DNA of 60,944 nucleotides, counting the filler, from Sphacelaria rigidula (lineage: Eukaryota): assembly GCA_964200075.2 (NCBI GenBank). It is 9 parts of 9 records of this genome, joined end to end, with 100 filler letters (N's around TTAATTAATTAA, not from the genome) between each part and the next. Parts side by side here need not be neighbours in the genome. Positions count along the whole stretch, not along the records: positions 33,916 to 40,598 come from CAXNAA020018656.1; positions 40,699 to 47,380 come from CAXNAA020018657.1; positions 47,481 to 54,162 come from CAXNAA020018658.1; 6 more parts are not named here. The stretch is one strand, 5' to 3'. The translations under genes and the position numbers were made by a program. Below are positions 37,155-51,668 of this stretch, one piece after another. Position 1 is the stretch's first letter. The number at the start of each line of letters is the position of its first letter. Under the pieces are notes generated by a model. The model was not told the origin of the DNA and searched no databases. It saw nothing but the letters and a program-made list of their open reading frames with translations.

Positions 37155-38643
37155 TCTCAGGTGTTGCCGAGATCAATCTTGGGCCGCAGTGCAGCTGCCG
37201 AATTTTAATTCCGGCTAGATTTGCCTTGGCTACTCACGATCAATGTTCTCTCTCGGATGACAGATGCTGATGATAGTGCGGACGCTGGTGGCATGCGCAG
37301 GACGTCCTCTCGCGAACTATGGCCGGCAACGGTGCTTCCGTAATAGAGTACGTCAAGGCCAAGGCGATTTGAGATGTAGAAGAAATTTCAACGCGAATAT
37401 GAATCGATCGAAATGGGAGGCGTAGGGATCTGGGACTGTCTGTCTCCCCTGCGGCTAGGTGTCACTGTTGCTTTCTCCTGGAACACCGGATATACGCTCT
37501 CAGTGGCTGACTTTGGACCCGGAAACCTCAGGCGGCCAGTTTTGATCCCCTGCAATTCACTGTGCTGAACTGGTGATGTTGTCCAGCACCCTTCTGTATT
37601 CGTACGGCGAAAGCCAACGGAAAGACGCTGAGAAGGGTACTCTTCGGCGACCGCGGGGCTGTATGCAGTGTGTCGTGAAACTGTACACAGTAGTATATCG
37701 TATCTCCCGCCAACGTTCGTTTACTGTGTAGAGCTTACGCACCGGTCGTAAGAATGGTTGACTACTTGATTTTAGAACAGATACCGATGCTTCGGATCTC
37801 TCGAGTTGCTGACAGTCCCAATTGCTCCCAATTGCTCCTAGCTTGTCCACAGTGTGTTATTATCCAAATCGGCGACGCCGATTTGAGGTCCGCGCGGTCC
37901 GCGAACTGCCAACGCTCAATTTTTCAATTTTTCTAGAGCAATATCCGCATCTCCATCGTACCATAGTTCTCGTATGGCTTGGTCAGCGTCAGGGTAAAGC
38001 GTAAGTAGCCCTCTATAGCATACACGTATGGTACTAGACTTTTTTTTCGTTTTCGTAAGAAAATCTGAGGTGTTCAACATGCTTGCGACTCTAAACTGGT
38101 CATGCAGATCATGATTTTACGAGAAGATCTCTACACAGGTACTCGACTACACAAAGTCATGAACCATCCGTAAAAATCATGACCGATAAAATGTATTCTT
38201 GGTCATCACGTCACACCCCTTTTACTAAGACAGTGCCCGGTACTACGGCAGGTCCCAGACTAGAGATAAACCTGAGTCCGCAGGATCTAGACTTAGAAGG
38301 GCTGGGGACAAGAAGCGAGATCGTGTTGTCAAGTTGGACAAGGCGCGTCCTTTGCTCTCGATATTACACGGCGGCAGCCCTGTTTATCTGACAAGAATTG
38401 AATTGCTTCCAGCCTAAGAAAGCACACGACATCGCAAAAGCGAAAGATTTTGGTGGAAACCACACAACAATTGCTGTTGTGGCGTCCAGCACCTGAGGAA
38501 GGGCGGGGAGCTTGGGTCGCTGATACGCAAGAGGGCTGTGGGTGTGTCATTATCAGGAGAGCCGGGGCGGAAGGGCGGGGGAAGCTGTGCATATCGTACA
38601 ACCCAAGCCGCGGAACGAAACGCAGTTTTCATCTGAGAGAAGC

Positions 38644-38783
38644 ATGGCACACCAGCTCTCGGTAGCAAGACCGATGAAGTCCAACCTGAGGTCGCACTGC
38701 GCCGAACTTTTCGTCTTGACTCTTCTCGGGATGATGGCCAACATTGCGTCTGGAGCCGTGTTGGAAATCAGCAGCCCTACGAG
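38644..38783 (+). CDS. Probable first exon of a secreted protein (signal peptide), divergent from the 36172-37154 gene
   Basis: MAHQLSVARPMKSNLRSHCAELFVLTLLGMMANIASG-AVLEISSPT then GAG|GTGATG donor. Confidence 0.5.
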
Positions 38784-40698
38784 GTGATGTGCTTCCCATA
38801 GCTGAATAAAGACACGCTCCCCACTCGTATATATGTCCGTTGTCACGGCATTGTATCACCTAGTGTCTAACACACTTGGCTCTACCCGCGTGGGCAGGGT
38901 ACACCCGCCGTCCCCTGGGCGTTCTTTGTAGGACTTGGTCGCCGTCAGGTTTTGAGTCGGGCTCAGTGTCAGTTTGGGTTCGGTTATGTTGTCTGAGATC
39001 ATGGATTTCAAAAAGTGCGAACAAAATGCTGAGTATACACAAGCATGGTCTCCCGACTAGGAAGTTAGCCGATCCCTTTTATGTTCGTTGGGGTTCCTGT
39101 TAACGTCATCAGCATTTTAGTCGCGCGGTGAGCGTGTCCCTCGATGTGCTTTTTGTTATCCGTCGACGTGAGGTCAGTCTCACTCGTTTCCCTGGCGATG
39201 AGGTTACATTCACAGTCAAGTGATACCGTCTCTGATGTATCGGCTGTGTACCGCGTTCCTGCACACACAGCTGACGTTTGTTTACGCGTCGTGAAAAGCG
39301 CGTGTGCTTTTGCTCCAGTGCGCTCAAGGTCTCACGTTGTTTCTCAGTGTATTGGATCGCCCTCAACATCGAGGATCACATTCGTCGCGCATTCGATAAC
39401 GCGTCACGTGATGCGAAACAACGGAAAGTAAATGTTGAGAGAGGACACGTCCGTAGATATGCCGAGGAATGAAATGTTCTTCGGGTCGGAGGTGGGTTCG
39501 ATCGCCTTCTCGCGTGAGAGCGTCGGAGTTGAAGAGAAAGAGGGGCTTGCTTTGCGTCCACTGTTTGCCAGCGCTCCTGTGGTGTGTGAAAGTATAATTC
39601 ACGATATCGCTCGGGTACTTGTTTGTGTTTTTGACATCCTAAAGGGGAGGGGTGAACGATGGAGGAACAAGCGCCGTTGTAATGATGAGGTGAAGGCCTG
39701 TGTGATGAAAGTAGCTCGGTGTGTGGTCTTGAAGTTTTTTTCATGGAACACCGAAGTTTTGGATATTTTTTTGGGAATAATGCCAAGACTCTCACTGCTG
39801 TAGTGCTGTCGTAGTTACTTGATGCGTATCGCATCAACGCTCAACGCAGTAGTCAGTACAAAACAGTTTCTGCGCGGTTCCATACTGATCGCTTCTCCGA
39901 CGGCCACATTCACCGTCGTCCATTGCGTCAAGACAGGCAGTATTGAGCCCCCTCGCACTCGTGCTGTATTTCACGCCCTTCGCCTAGAGCTTTTTGTGAG
40001 AGGAGTTACGGATGCACTGCCCGTACATGCGGGTACGCTTGAAGGGGCGAAGCTGGTACTATTTTATGTAGCCCAGCTCACCGCTGAACCTCACTGCACT
40101 AGACTTATGATAAAATGGATTCCGTATCCCTACTCTTTGTTTAGACGGTATAACAGTGGCGCGCCAAGCCGAGTGGTGGATTTTGTATTTGCCGGCATTT
40201 AGTTCAGAATTCAGAGGTTATCACACGGGAAGAGACGAGACATCCCGTCGTCGCGAAGGCTACAGGATGGGGCGAGATGATTTTTCCTCTCCGCATCGTC
40301 ACAATCCGACGGGGATAGGATTGAACACTCTGGGAACGAGCGGGCCAAGGGTTCCTGGCATATTTTCACGGGAACGTTTCGTTTAGATTTACCGTCGCTT
40401 CATGTCCCCGTTCCGTCCCGTTCGACCCTCACGGCCCTTCTTGAAGAGGGAGATTTCCCCACTTTTCAAGATCCCCTCCCTGAGGAACGACTCTTGGTTG
40501 ATCGCTGCGATACCGCGTATCCCCTTCCAAAAAAAAAAAAAGCTCTACCCTGGACAGCAAGACCCATTATAAAAGACCACACCCCCCCACATCAACAGNN
40601 NNNNNNNNNNNNNNNNNNNNNNNNNNNNNNNNNNNNNNNNNNTTAATTAATTAANNNNNNNNNNNNNNNNNNNNNNNNNNNNNNNNNNNNNNNNNNNN

Positions 40699-40755
40699 AA
40701 GATTGTAGAGGGATGGGAGCAGCTGGTCAAGAACACAGCGAGTAAAGTAATAGGG
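40699..40755 (+). mobile_element. Short LINE ORF2 fragment
   Basis: KIVEGWEQLVKNTASKVIG, resembling the linker between endonuclease and RT. Confidence 0.4.
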
Positions 40756-43700
40756 CTGTGGTACGTACCGGTGTACTCATCGTTTTTCTTTGCGACTGGT
40801 CCATCTCATCATCCATCGAAGCGGCAGCGATGCTGCCTGCGTCCGTTGCAGCCTCAAGCTGCGCTGCTCAGACCGGTACGTCCTGCACAAACGAGATCCA
40901 ATCCGTAGTAACAACGTCGAAGGCACAGGCCGCCCGCCCATGATTTGAAATCGAAACACAAAGCATGCTTCATTGCATTCGTGAAGACGTAGGGCAGCGC
41001 GGAGAAAAACGAGAGACACACGAGTCAGAGCTAGGGCAATTTTCTGCGAGGATCCCGTGATCTCGACTCTGAAATTTGGACTATCCAATCGGAGCACCCC
41101 GAACAATTGCGACGTTAGGCATCCTCCATACTCTCGGACAAGTGTTTGTCCATACTATCCAACGCATTTTCAAGCAAGTTCGACAACATCTGGCGAAGTA
41201 AACAAGCACGGTATCGGTTCTCCTGACTAAATTCGTTGGTGTTCCGGATTCACTTGAAGGAGGGGAGGACAGCACATTGTGATTACAGCCTCAAGGCTCG
41301 CGAGGCACACCTCAACAGGTCTGTGTCATCAAGGACTCACATTAACGCCGCTCCCGAAGCCGTGCCGGGCCTGGGCAAGTTCATGCGATATCGCATCTAC
41401 GTGGCGGTTGAGACGCTTAGTGTCGGCCTCCTGAGCTCGTACATGGCCCCCTGCTCCTCCACGAGCGCGGTAAGCACATTTTCAAGCCTTGTCGCTGTTG
41501 CTTCACACCCCTTTACGCGCTCCGCTACCGTCTCGTCGGACATCGCGTGTCGCTCGTTTTGGGTCATGTTGACACCTTTAGGTGGACATTTCCAGGCGCA
41601 GAACGTATGAGATTCGACATCGTTTGCGATGCACAGTACTACTCTACGAGTTGGTCGAATATTCAAATATTCAATGCCTTGGATTGGGTGCATCTCCTGT
41701 ACTGCGTTTGTAAGTCTAAGGGACCGCATCAGCGTACATACTGGTGCATGGCGGTGGTCTTGTGTGATGTTGTCGAGGGGTGTGAACCATGGCTGCTCGT
41801 GTATCGGGCTCAAAGCGCGGTGGGCCGTGGGAGATCCGTATGCCCAACGCGGTACGCGACGCCCCTCATATCACCTTCGAATGGAACCCGCACATTCTCG
41901 AGTAGCCTAGCGTGCGTTGGTGAGACAGAAGCCGGCGTAACGCCAGCGGGAAAGACCTACATACGGCGGCGTAAATGACCATAAATGGTCAGTAATGCCG
42001 TTTGTGCTTGTATTTGCACTATCTATAGGATGTAACGTACTGTCAACAGTTTCTGCGTACTGGATGCATCGTAGTTCAGTCACAGACGACCACCGACACA
42101 CATGCCGAAGATCGACGCACATACACTGATATACCCTAACACGCAGTGCAGTTATTGAGCACGACTATTGTTTTGATATCTTCGTACCGTAAACGAGTAT
42201 AGGTGAGCAGAGCGATGGTGTCGTCGTCGGCAGCAGCAGCTAGCTGTCGCCTGGTCTCTGCACGTACATGTTGCAGGGAGAGGTCGTATTGAAATGCGGC
42301 GGAATCGAGAGGGTATGCCGACCATATGCTATAGATTGTCACAAACACACACCGCGGAAAGTTAACATCTGGCTTGTGCAGATTTGAACGTCAACTTCCG
42401 TATTGAATATTGATTTGTGTAGCAAATGTTGCGCGGTCGTACTGGACTATATCCTAGAGATCTATCTTTGTGCACAAAAAACCTTTTCCCTCACACGTAC
42501 GTGCACCCGTTTTTCACATTTTCACTTCTCACGAGGGGCGTAGAGGACTAGACTCCCCCCTCCCCCTGAATGCCATGAGACTCCTTTACACCGATCCCTT
42601 ATTCCGTACTAGATCATATACAAAACAAGGCAGCGTCGGAGGTGGGGCACCCCCCCCCTTATGTGTGTGCGGGGGGTAGCATGCGAGCCACGTACCCGCC
42701 CTGATACGGAGGTGCGGAAATTAAATACAAGTAGAACAAGTAGAACGGATGTAGAAGCGAAAAAGTAAAAGATAACACAAGTCGAATAGTAGACAGGCTG
42801 GTTCACGCTTATCACCCACAATGATGTCATCAGCCAATGCCGTTCGCAATACCTGCTCAAAAGTCGCATACATGATATTTTGCTGACCGCCATTGACATG
42901 TGAAGAGCGGGATATAGCCGTATTTGTGTTTAGGGCTAGGGCCATATTGGTAGCTCTGAGGGCGAAAGGTACTTCGACAAATCAGCGCCCTTGAAGTTGT
43001 TCTGAAACTGAAAGCACGAATTCCAAGCCCAGTTTTATCGGATCTACACGTGCTTCAAATCGTTGTGACCGCCATCAGCTCGGGAATTCAATATGAAAAT
43101 AGTTTTGAAAATGGTGACAACGGGGTAGAATTATCCCCGAAACCGTGCTGTTGAAGAATTCTTTTTTTGACTGAGTGATATGACTTGAGAGGCAAGATGG
43201 CGAATTTCGAGTAATCTCTGCCGTTCGAATCTCATGCGCTGACTACGGTACCGTAAGTGCGGTTTTAACATCAGAGGCTGACCGCAAGTCCTCCTTTGGC
43301 CCAACTTCAGGAAAAATTGGCGGGGAGAATGAGAACTTCCGAGCACCCTCTGCGGTGCGAATCCCATTTTCCGGTGTTTGGGATTTGTACAGTGGAGGAT
43401 CTTCGAAGTAAGTCCGCGTTTCGCCCAATTTGGAAGTGCCAAATCAGGCAAAACAAGGATTTACTTGACGTACAGCCTCTGCCTTACAGATTCCAAATCT
43501 GATTTGATTGATTTTGACTGTCGCACTTTAACTTTAAATATGATGAAACAAGTATAGGATTCCCACAAAACGAGTGCCTTTAGAAACAATTCAGAGGATT
43601 GCGATGTAAGTTTCGCCGTTTTCTACCGGCTTCCGGGGGCCCTAGCATGATGCCCCGAAGGCGGTACAGAATGCCTAGAAAGAAGAGGATAGATATATGC

Positions 43701-45360
43701 ATCCCGGGATAGCCCAAGCATAGCATGTACTGAGTTTGGTCGAGAAACGCGAAAACTTTATACTGTTTTTCTTGCCTTGAGCAAGGATACACCCCAATAA
43801 GGCGTTCATATACTGAAACCAAGAAGTTAGCAATTTGCACGTTTCAAGCTCACGGCCTCGCACAAACGCGCGAAACTTGACGCCGTTTTTACAGTAGGAG
43901 TTGGACCCTGAAACTTTGCACAAATGTGCTATGGGTCACTACACGAGTCGCGATGGACGAGAGGTTTATACTTTTTGACCTTTTCCCACGTGTATTTTCG
44001 GGGGCACGACGGGATCCAAGCATTTTTTTCGAGATATAGTATCCATTCTTGGACCCCGGAAAACCGGAACTACGACTTTTTTTTTTCAGTTCTTTCGCAG
44101 ACGCCCTGTCGCCGCGTAACCCAAGGAAGGGCCTCAGACCACTTTGTATGGCAGTCGAAAAAACGGATCTGTACGCAGATTAGGGGACCTCACATCCGGA
44201 AACGCATTGTATGGACCCCAATTTGGCCTAAATCGGGGAAGCTTAGATTCGTTTGTCATGACTTGAGAACGGTTTTACGCGAATCTGAGCTCAGATCCGT
44301 GGAAAATCGAGGTCCCCCGAATCTGTAGCAACTGACGTACGTATGTTGACGTACAATGATAGGGCAACAGGCGTTTGGTATTTTTGCAGCAACAGCAGCA
44401 GACGGTCTCGTGACAGCACAGACAGTGCCTGCGAGCTCCGGCTGCTGGAGCAGCTCCGCACGGGGTTTAACAAGCGGATGAGAAGTGTTGACGCCGTACC
44501 TGCTGTGATGGAATTTTTTTATGCTGCACTGTTCTGCTGTATGTATCATCATAACGAACGATGCTGTACTATCCTACACTCTGCTGTCGAGGTACTTGCA
44601 GGGTGATGAATGACACTGCACTTGTGAACTCTTGCCGCAGACTGTGCACTGCTCTCGTAATACCGACTGTACCATCATGTATTACCACAGGGCATTATTG
44701 TGTACTGTGATCGTGCAGTATATATTGATTATGCAGTATATATACTTCACAACATTATACCACAGGGTACCACGGTACGACGCTGCTCATGAAGGATGAT
44801 TCCCTACCTCCCTGTTCTTCGGCTTCACTGCGATACCACACCCGCCCAGAAAATGACCGTTAGTGTACAGAACAATTTCAACAAACCTGTGAAGCCACAC
44901 AGGGGTACACACGAACTCGAGTTTCACGAATCTGGGTCTCCCCGATTTGGCACATTCGGGTCCCGCCAGATTCGGGATTGGCTGCCATACAAAGTAGTCT
45001 CACAAAGTTTCGCGGTTGAACTCGATTAGGTACTGTGCTGGAATTTTCATGTTGACGTCAAAGAAGGTTCAAAAACGCCACTTTGATACTAAAATCAAGT
45101 AGTTTGCGGTTTCACCGTGGCACGGAAAAGTTCCACACCCTGTACAGCTAGCTATGACTAACAATTAACTTAGTTGTTCGTCGACGAATTACCGGCTAGT
45201 TGTTTCCAAAAAACTTGTTGCGCACGATTTCTGAGAGATTGGTTATTTGGAAACAACTAGTTGCACACGATTCTGAACAGTTCGTTGTTTGAGAAACAAC
45301 TACCAACTTTATTAGGTGTGCGGGGTGTGAAAGTTCATCACACAAACGTGCCAAACTCCA

Positions 45361-45626
45361 CGCCGTTTCCAGGATTTAGATCCTGAAATTTTGCGCAAAT
45401 GTGCAATGGGTCATCGCGCATCTTTGGATGAAGTTTTTTTTTTTTTTCACTTTTTTCTGTTTCCGTTTTTCGGGGGTCCGACGGGATCGAAATTTTCCGG
45501 GAAAACCTGGGACCCCGAAAAAATAGTGAACGAAGTACAAACAAAAAAGAAACGGACTTCGAATTGTGAGTAATAATCCATAGCACATTTGTGCATAAAT
45601 TTCAGGGTCTCACTCCTAAAATCGCG
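45361..45626. mobile_element. MITE with ~50-bp imperfect TIRs; related end at ~43860-43940
   Basis: AGGATTTAGATCCTGAAATTTTGCGCAAATGTGCAATGG versus CCATAGCACATTTGTGCATAAATTTCAGGGTCTCACTCCT. Confidence 0.7.
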
Positions 45627-45869
45627 TTAAGCTTTGCCAATGAGTATTTTGAGTTTGATAAGCGTGAACCAGCCTGCAATATTATAAATTAAATAAAGCG
45701 AAAATGAAGTAAAATAAATGGGGTAAAAAAGAGGAAAGAGTATAGAGAATAAACTGAATACAAATGATATACAAAAAGAGAATGCGTATAAAACAAGGAT
45801 AATAAAATACAAATAGTGAAAATGGTGAGAGCATAATAAATAAGCTGTAAGTTTACTAAGATTTTTTCT

Positions 45870-46130
45870 CACACCTTGCCCAACAGTGGAGAGCGACTAT
45901 GTCGTAGGTACACAAAATTCGACTTAACGGTAGACGAGGGAATGGGACTGCTGAAGCCTCTTGCGATGAAACAAAATGCAGAAGGAAGGTGGAGTACTAA
46001 CAACAAACAAAACAACAGGAAGAACTCCTGTGTTGACCTTCCTCCTGTGTGACCCCGGCTGGTGCGCCCACATATACCGAAATGTGTAGACCGGCGTCCA
46101 GAATAGATGGGACGACAACACAACACGCAC
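45870..46130 (-). repeat. Dispersed SINE-like repeat; second copy at 60862-60944 (+)
   Basis: GTGTTGTGTTGTCGTCCCAT.TATTCTGG..GCC.GT.TACAC.TTTCGGTATATGTGGGCGCA.CAGCC shared by both. Confidence 0.75.
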
Positions 46131-46730
46131 AAAAATAAGCGAACAAAAACCAAGATTCTATTCGGCATGCCTTTTTGAGGTTGGTGACGTCTGCCACGGT
46201 ATCCAGACATGGCGGTAATGCACGGCAAATTTTGGATGGTAACTGATCACCCTGGTACTCATCGGTGAAGGAATCAGGCACCTTGAGAAGATTATCCTCG
46301 GAAAGGAGTCCACTGTATGCCGTACTGAATCGTATATGTTGTTTCGTAAACCGATCTGATACTGAATTATTTGGTACAAACTGCCACCGTTGTAGGCTCA
46401 TCATGAGTCCCTCCCGTTATCACCGATTTGCACAAGCTTAGATAAAATTTGTGTGTGTGTGTGTTTCTTCAACTTTTGTCGAAGGTTGCCACCGCAGGGG
46501 ATGGTGTTGGTGGGGAACACGACCATGAAATAAACCCAACAAGCCAACCCACAGCAGCTTGTAGGTGTTTCCAACAACGAGGTATTGAGCACGCTTTTGA
46601 GGGTAGCGTACATTGATTGTACACACGAATCGAGAGGGGAAAGGCGGAAGGAAGAAATGTTTTTTTTCGGCCCTCTTGAGGGGGAGGGGGGGCGTTGCTC
46701 TTGCGTGCCGTAGTCCAAAGGCCATCGGGG

Positions 46731-47201
46731 GCGTACTCATTTGTTGCTTGCTTTGGTCGTTTGACCATTGACCACGTATTCCTTTTCGAGACGGAGCACC
46801 GTCCCCACTCCTAATGAAGACACATTTCGGGGCTCTTTACGGTTCTTCCATACATTACGCAAAATATTTCTACGGCATATCTTACCCCCGTCCTGTTTCG
46901 CCGTCTGTGGCCACCGTCTATCTCCTAGTATAGCCATCGTTTTCTCCCTACTGTCCAGTGCATCAAACGATTTCACGCCACCTTCGTTTACTTCCCACAT
47001 TTCTCCCACTAGCACGTCCCGTTCCTCCTCGTACAATTCACATTCTGTCACTATATGAGTTCTTCTCTCTATTGCTTCACCACAGGGGCAGTCATGTGCA
47101 TCTACTTCCTCCTCTCGACTACCGGTGTATCTGTTTCTTCTCTTTGGCAGATCCAGGTCTCCCACCAGAAATCGCAGCTTCAATTTATTCGCGGAGTCCA
47201 C
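46731..47201 (-). mobile_element. LINE ORF2 C-terminal fragment
   Basis: KLKLRFLVGDLDLP..CPCGEAIERRTHIVTECELYEEER..ILGDRRWPQTAKQDG..VVNGQTTKASNK*. Confidence 0.8.
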
Positions 47202-47206
47202 TAGGT

Positions 47207-47380
47207 CATTATTATTATTATTATTTCCATCACATTAGCTCGATCTCTCTAACCCGTGGTCACAGAGTGCAAGGAGCATACCACCCAAAAAGCCCGCAGA
47301 AGAAGACAAGAAACAAACATTTACACGAAAAAAGGGCACCCGCACTACGAAAGATCCGTGTGAGACCGATTGAACTACAG
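47207..47380 (-). mobile_element. Retroposon 3' end with ATA tail
   Basis: Reverse complement matches 5960-6125. Confidence 0.75.
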
Positions 47381-47531
47381 NNNNNNNNNNNNNNNNNNNN
47401 NNNNNNNNNNNNNNNNNNNNNNNNTTAATTAATTAANNNNNNNNNNNNNNNNNNNNNNNNNNNNNNNNNNNNNNNNNNNNATTCGGGAAACTGGGGAAGC
47501 TGTGGTGTGAGCAACTTTTAGTAGCTTTGAA

Positions 47532-47736
47532 GCTGGCCCAGCTCGTAATGATTGGTTGAATGATTGATTGTCATACTTCAACTGACCCCCCAGGGACCCA
47601 GCTGTGGTCACATAGAAGACGTACCCGAGACAAGGCAAAACTGAAACACTCGCTGAAGAAAAAAGAAGAGACAGAAAATGTGGAACGGAACAGAATGAAT
47701 CGTACGTGGGAAATCATATGTTCGAGCTGGGCCAGC
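47532..47736. mobile_element. MITE with 14-bp TIR GCTGGCCCAGCTCG
   Basis: Perfect inverted 14-mer at 47532-47545 and 47723-47736; related motif at 21397, 26671 and 34949. Confidence 0.6.
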
Positions 47737-47919
47737 AGTAAATCCCGCATTTGCATGTCTCACCAGAACTTATCAACTTCACCCAATCAGCCCGACTTGA
47801 GTATATCGGTGTGACCTGCAGATCAACGTAGTAGCGCACGCAACCGCCCCTGAATGAAAGCAAAATTGGAAAAAAAAATGTACTACATGATGTATTACCT
47901 TACGGACGGAACAAGAAAA

Positions 47920-48005
47920 AGGAATCCGTCGGGATTCGAACTCGTGACCTCCATAACTGGAGTCTCCTAAATCACTTGGATTGAAGGGGCGCAGCGGTGT
48001 CACAC
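47920..48005 (-). mobile_element. tRNA-like SINE head (second family)
   Basis: Minus strand ...TCCAAGTGATTTAGG...GGAGGTCACGAGTTCGAATCCCG; good B box and T-arm, degenerate D-arm. Confidence 0.5.
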
Positions 48006-48368
48006 AAAAAGTGCCCTGCTGCGCCCAAATTGAAGTATTTTCGGCCGAAATTGCATCAGGATCTCCTGCACACAAGTACGCACAACCACCCTAGGGATGT
48101 CGACGTATTTATTTTTTATTTTTCACGGAGTTGTAGCATTAGATTTTGCAGAAACTTCATATCACCCTAAATTTCTGTTTTTTGCGGTTTTTGTTGCATC
48201 CCCCGGAAGGTTGTGCGCATTGATAATAAAAGTGTCGTGTCAAAATTTCAACGCCAAACTTCTCGAATTACCCACAGCCGGGCCCGGAAACACTAAAAAG
48301 TCGCTGGCAGCTGACCCAACTCGAATATGTTTTGCTTGTTCCTCCCCCCTTCCGTCCCGCCTATCTGA

Positions 48369-48782
<414 letters not shown>

Positions 48783-49496
48783 TAACCCACCTGTAAAGAA
48801 TATTGGATGACTTTCGGGCCGAGCGGTCATCGGGGACCCTGCCGCTTTTCAGCCCAGATTCTGACTCTTCGGTATTTTCAGTCGATCGAGCCTGTCCCGA
48901 TCGTGTTTGTGAAGAAATGAAGAGGCTATTGTTTTCGAAATTTTACCTACTAATTGCACAAGAGGCGAATAACTGGGTGTTCACGCTCAATAAAATATGA
49001 AAACGGAGTAAACTGGATACGAGCAAAAGAGACGCGAAACGAAACAGAAGAAATAGCGTGAAAAGTAACGAGATCGAACGAAGGAAAAAACCATTGGAAC
49101 ACGAATAAATCGGTCCCGATGAAAAAAAAAAGATGGAGATGAATATACACACTAGGGTATACCCTATTTAATTATGAAACAGCGGGGCATACACACCCTT
49201 TTCTGTATATCCCACAAATAATGGAATAAACAATAGACGAGGACCAGAGAAATGGCCGGCCCGTGTAACATGGGTTCCAGTTGAACGGTCGTGAGAAAAA
49301 AAAGAAAAGAGGAGAGGATCGAGATATAATGGATGGGGTTCCAAGCTACTACATTAGAACCGGCCGTATAGCCGTTTGCAATAGAATTCATGTACCCTCG
49401 TTCGCCTCCGAAGCAATTATTCACGGTTGATATTTCTTGATTTGAGTTTCATAGTTTATCTCCGAATCTTGACTGAGGCCGCCAGTCCCGAGTGCT

Positions 49497-49532
<36 letters not shown>

Positions 49533-49792
49533 GTATACTTGTGGTCAACATGTTTTGGTGGACCGTGTATTACGAACAGAGAGTGGTGCCACGGTAGGGG
49601 TACACAAAAACTTTTCGAGGCTCTTTCCTCACTTCAGGAGCTCCTCAGTGAGAAACATCTGGGCCCCAGGTGTGGAACCTCGGGGCAATTTTTGGCCTGA
49701 AAAGTGCACCCCTTCCATGGCACCACTCTAATAAACACCTGTGTACACTTGTGTTTCTGGTCCCATGCTGCCGCTGCTGCTGCTGCCTGTAG

Positions 49793-50095
<303 letters not shown>

Positions 50096-50785
50096 TGATC
50101 ATGTTCCAATCCGAGAGTTGATGAATAAAAAAAGAGGTTCGAAGAAACAGAGCAAAAAAGTTGCGTTTCGGAGATATAGAAGAAAACATGTTGAAGTATT
50201 GAGTGATTGAGTGATTGTCGCACATTCATTGATATCCTGAGAATCCAGCCGTGGTAGGGTTGAGCCGATTATGCTCGTACCGAACGTTTCTATACTCTAA
50301 TGACATATCAAGCGGGGGTATTAGCATAATCGGTGTAAGCGTTGGCCATGGCCACTGTATGCAAGATATACGTACCCAAAATGTAAACGAAAACGGAAAA
50401 AGTGGCACGCTAGCGTCTGCACGTTTGCGCACAGTGACGACACGACGCTCGGAAGCCTTGGGCGCCATATGCCACACACATGGGTCCCAGGGTGACCGCT
50501 GAAACATTTCGTTCGATTGATTGGTGGGCTGGTTGGTCATTTGTTTGTTTGATTGGTCTGATTCACGCACACCCACTGATCCCCCGAGATATGTACCTGA
50601 GGTAAACGAAGGAGAAAACACTCGCTCGCGAAAAAAAAAGAAGAAATGTAGCGAAATGGAGAAAGATGAACAAATGGAGCGAACTGGCCAAGAATGAGAG
50701 GTACACGAAATAGCAGGGAAATTAACAAAAAAAAGAGTGAAGAAAATGAAAGGGGAACAATCGGTTTGGATGGAACGATCCGCAT

Positions 50786-50981
50786 CCTGGACAAAATATG
50801 GTCATAATTTGCAAAAAAAAATATTGTACTGCGTGGAGTATACAGGCCTATTCCAACCCCATTGTCGGATAATATGTGGTCAATAGTTGGATATGTAGGG
50901 TCAATGGTGGTTGGAAAAGGCCTATACTCCACGCAGTACGTTTTTTTTTCTATTGCAATGATTGACCATATTGTGTCCAGG
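50786..50981. mobile_element. Palindromic MITE-like element
   Basis: CCTGGACA.AATATGGTCA...GTACTGCGTGGAGTATA..GGCCT.TTCCAACC in inverted orientation at both ends. Confidence 0.85.
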
Positions 50982-51457
50982 GTGTGAAACAGTTCACGGG
51001 TCGGACGAATAATCGCCGGTTCGAATCACCAAATCCACGATTTTTCAGGCCTGATTGCTCGAAAGAGGGAAAAAAGTCGACCGATGGTCTACAGGGTTCT
51101 CACGCAATTTTCGCGCGATTCCACGTGCCTGGGCTGCGCGTACCTGGGCTGCAACTCTGAAAACAAAGCCCAAGGAGGATTGATTTGTACCGTACGAATC
51201 AATCACACTAAAATCAAGTAATTTACGGACGAATCATTTATTTCGTCCGATCCGTGAAACCATGATAACAATTAATCAACAAGGGCCTTGAAAAAAAAAT
51301 GTGACGAATTTAACACAGTAGTGGGTAGTTTGGTGTGAAATAACGGAATTCACGGAGTGGTGTCGTTAGGGGAACGGTGCTCGCAAATAGAGAGAGGAGC
51401 TGGTCAGCTATATAGTGCCGCCTGGCGTTGAACGTCGGGGGGAGAGACACAATGTTC

Positions 51458-51668
51458 CAAGGGCGTGTGGGGGTAGGGTATACCCGATATTGTGGTATCT
51501 TGAAATTATGGGAGATCGGACCCATATACACAGCAGCAGCCAGCCCAGTGCTGTTGTCTGTCCCCTCTCCAAAGCCCATACACGTCATTGTGACTGGCTT
51601 TGGCACGTTATGTGCGACTTGATAAATAAAAAAACAATATCGGGTATACCCTACCCGACACGCCCTTG
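51458..51668. mobile_element. hAT-like MITE, ~34-bp TIR
   Basis: CAAGGGCGTGT.GGG(G)TAGGGTATACCCGATATTG inverted at both ends; 8-bp flanks CAATGTTC/TATTGGTC match 5/8. Confidence 0.75.

Noticed and set aside
39060..42000. Coding-like minus-strand fragments (e.g. DALTREGDRTHL; MSDETVAERVKG)
   Set aside because: Multiple stops, no assignable family, and they lie on two different contigs
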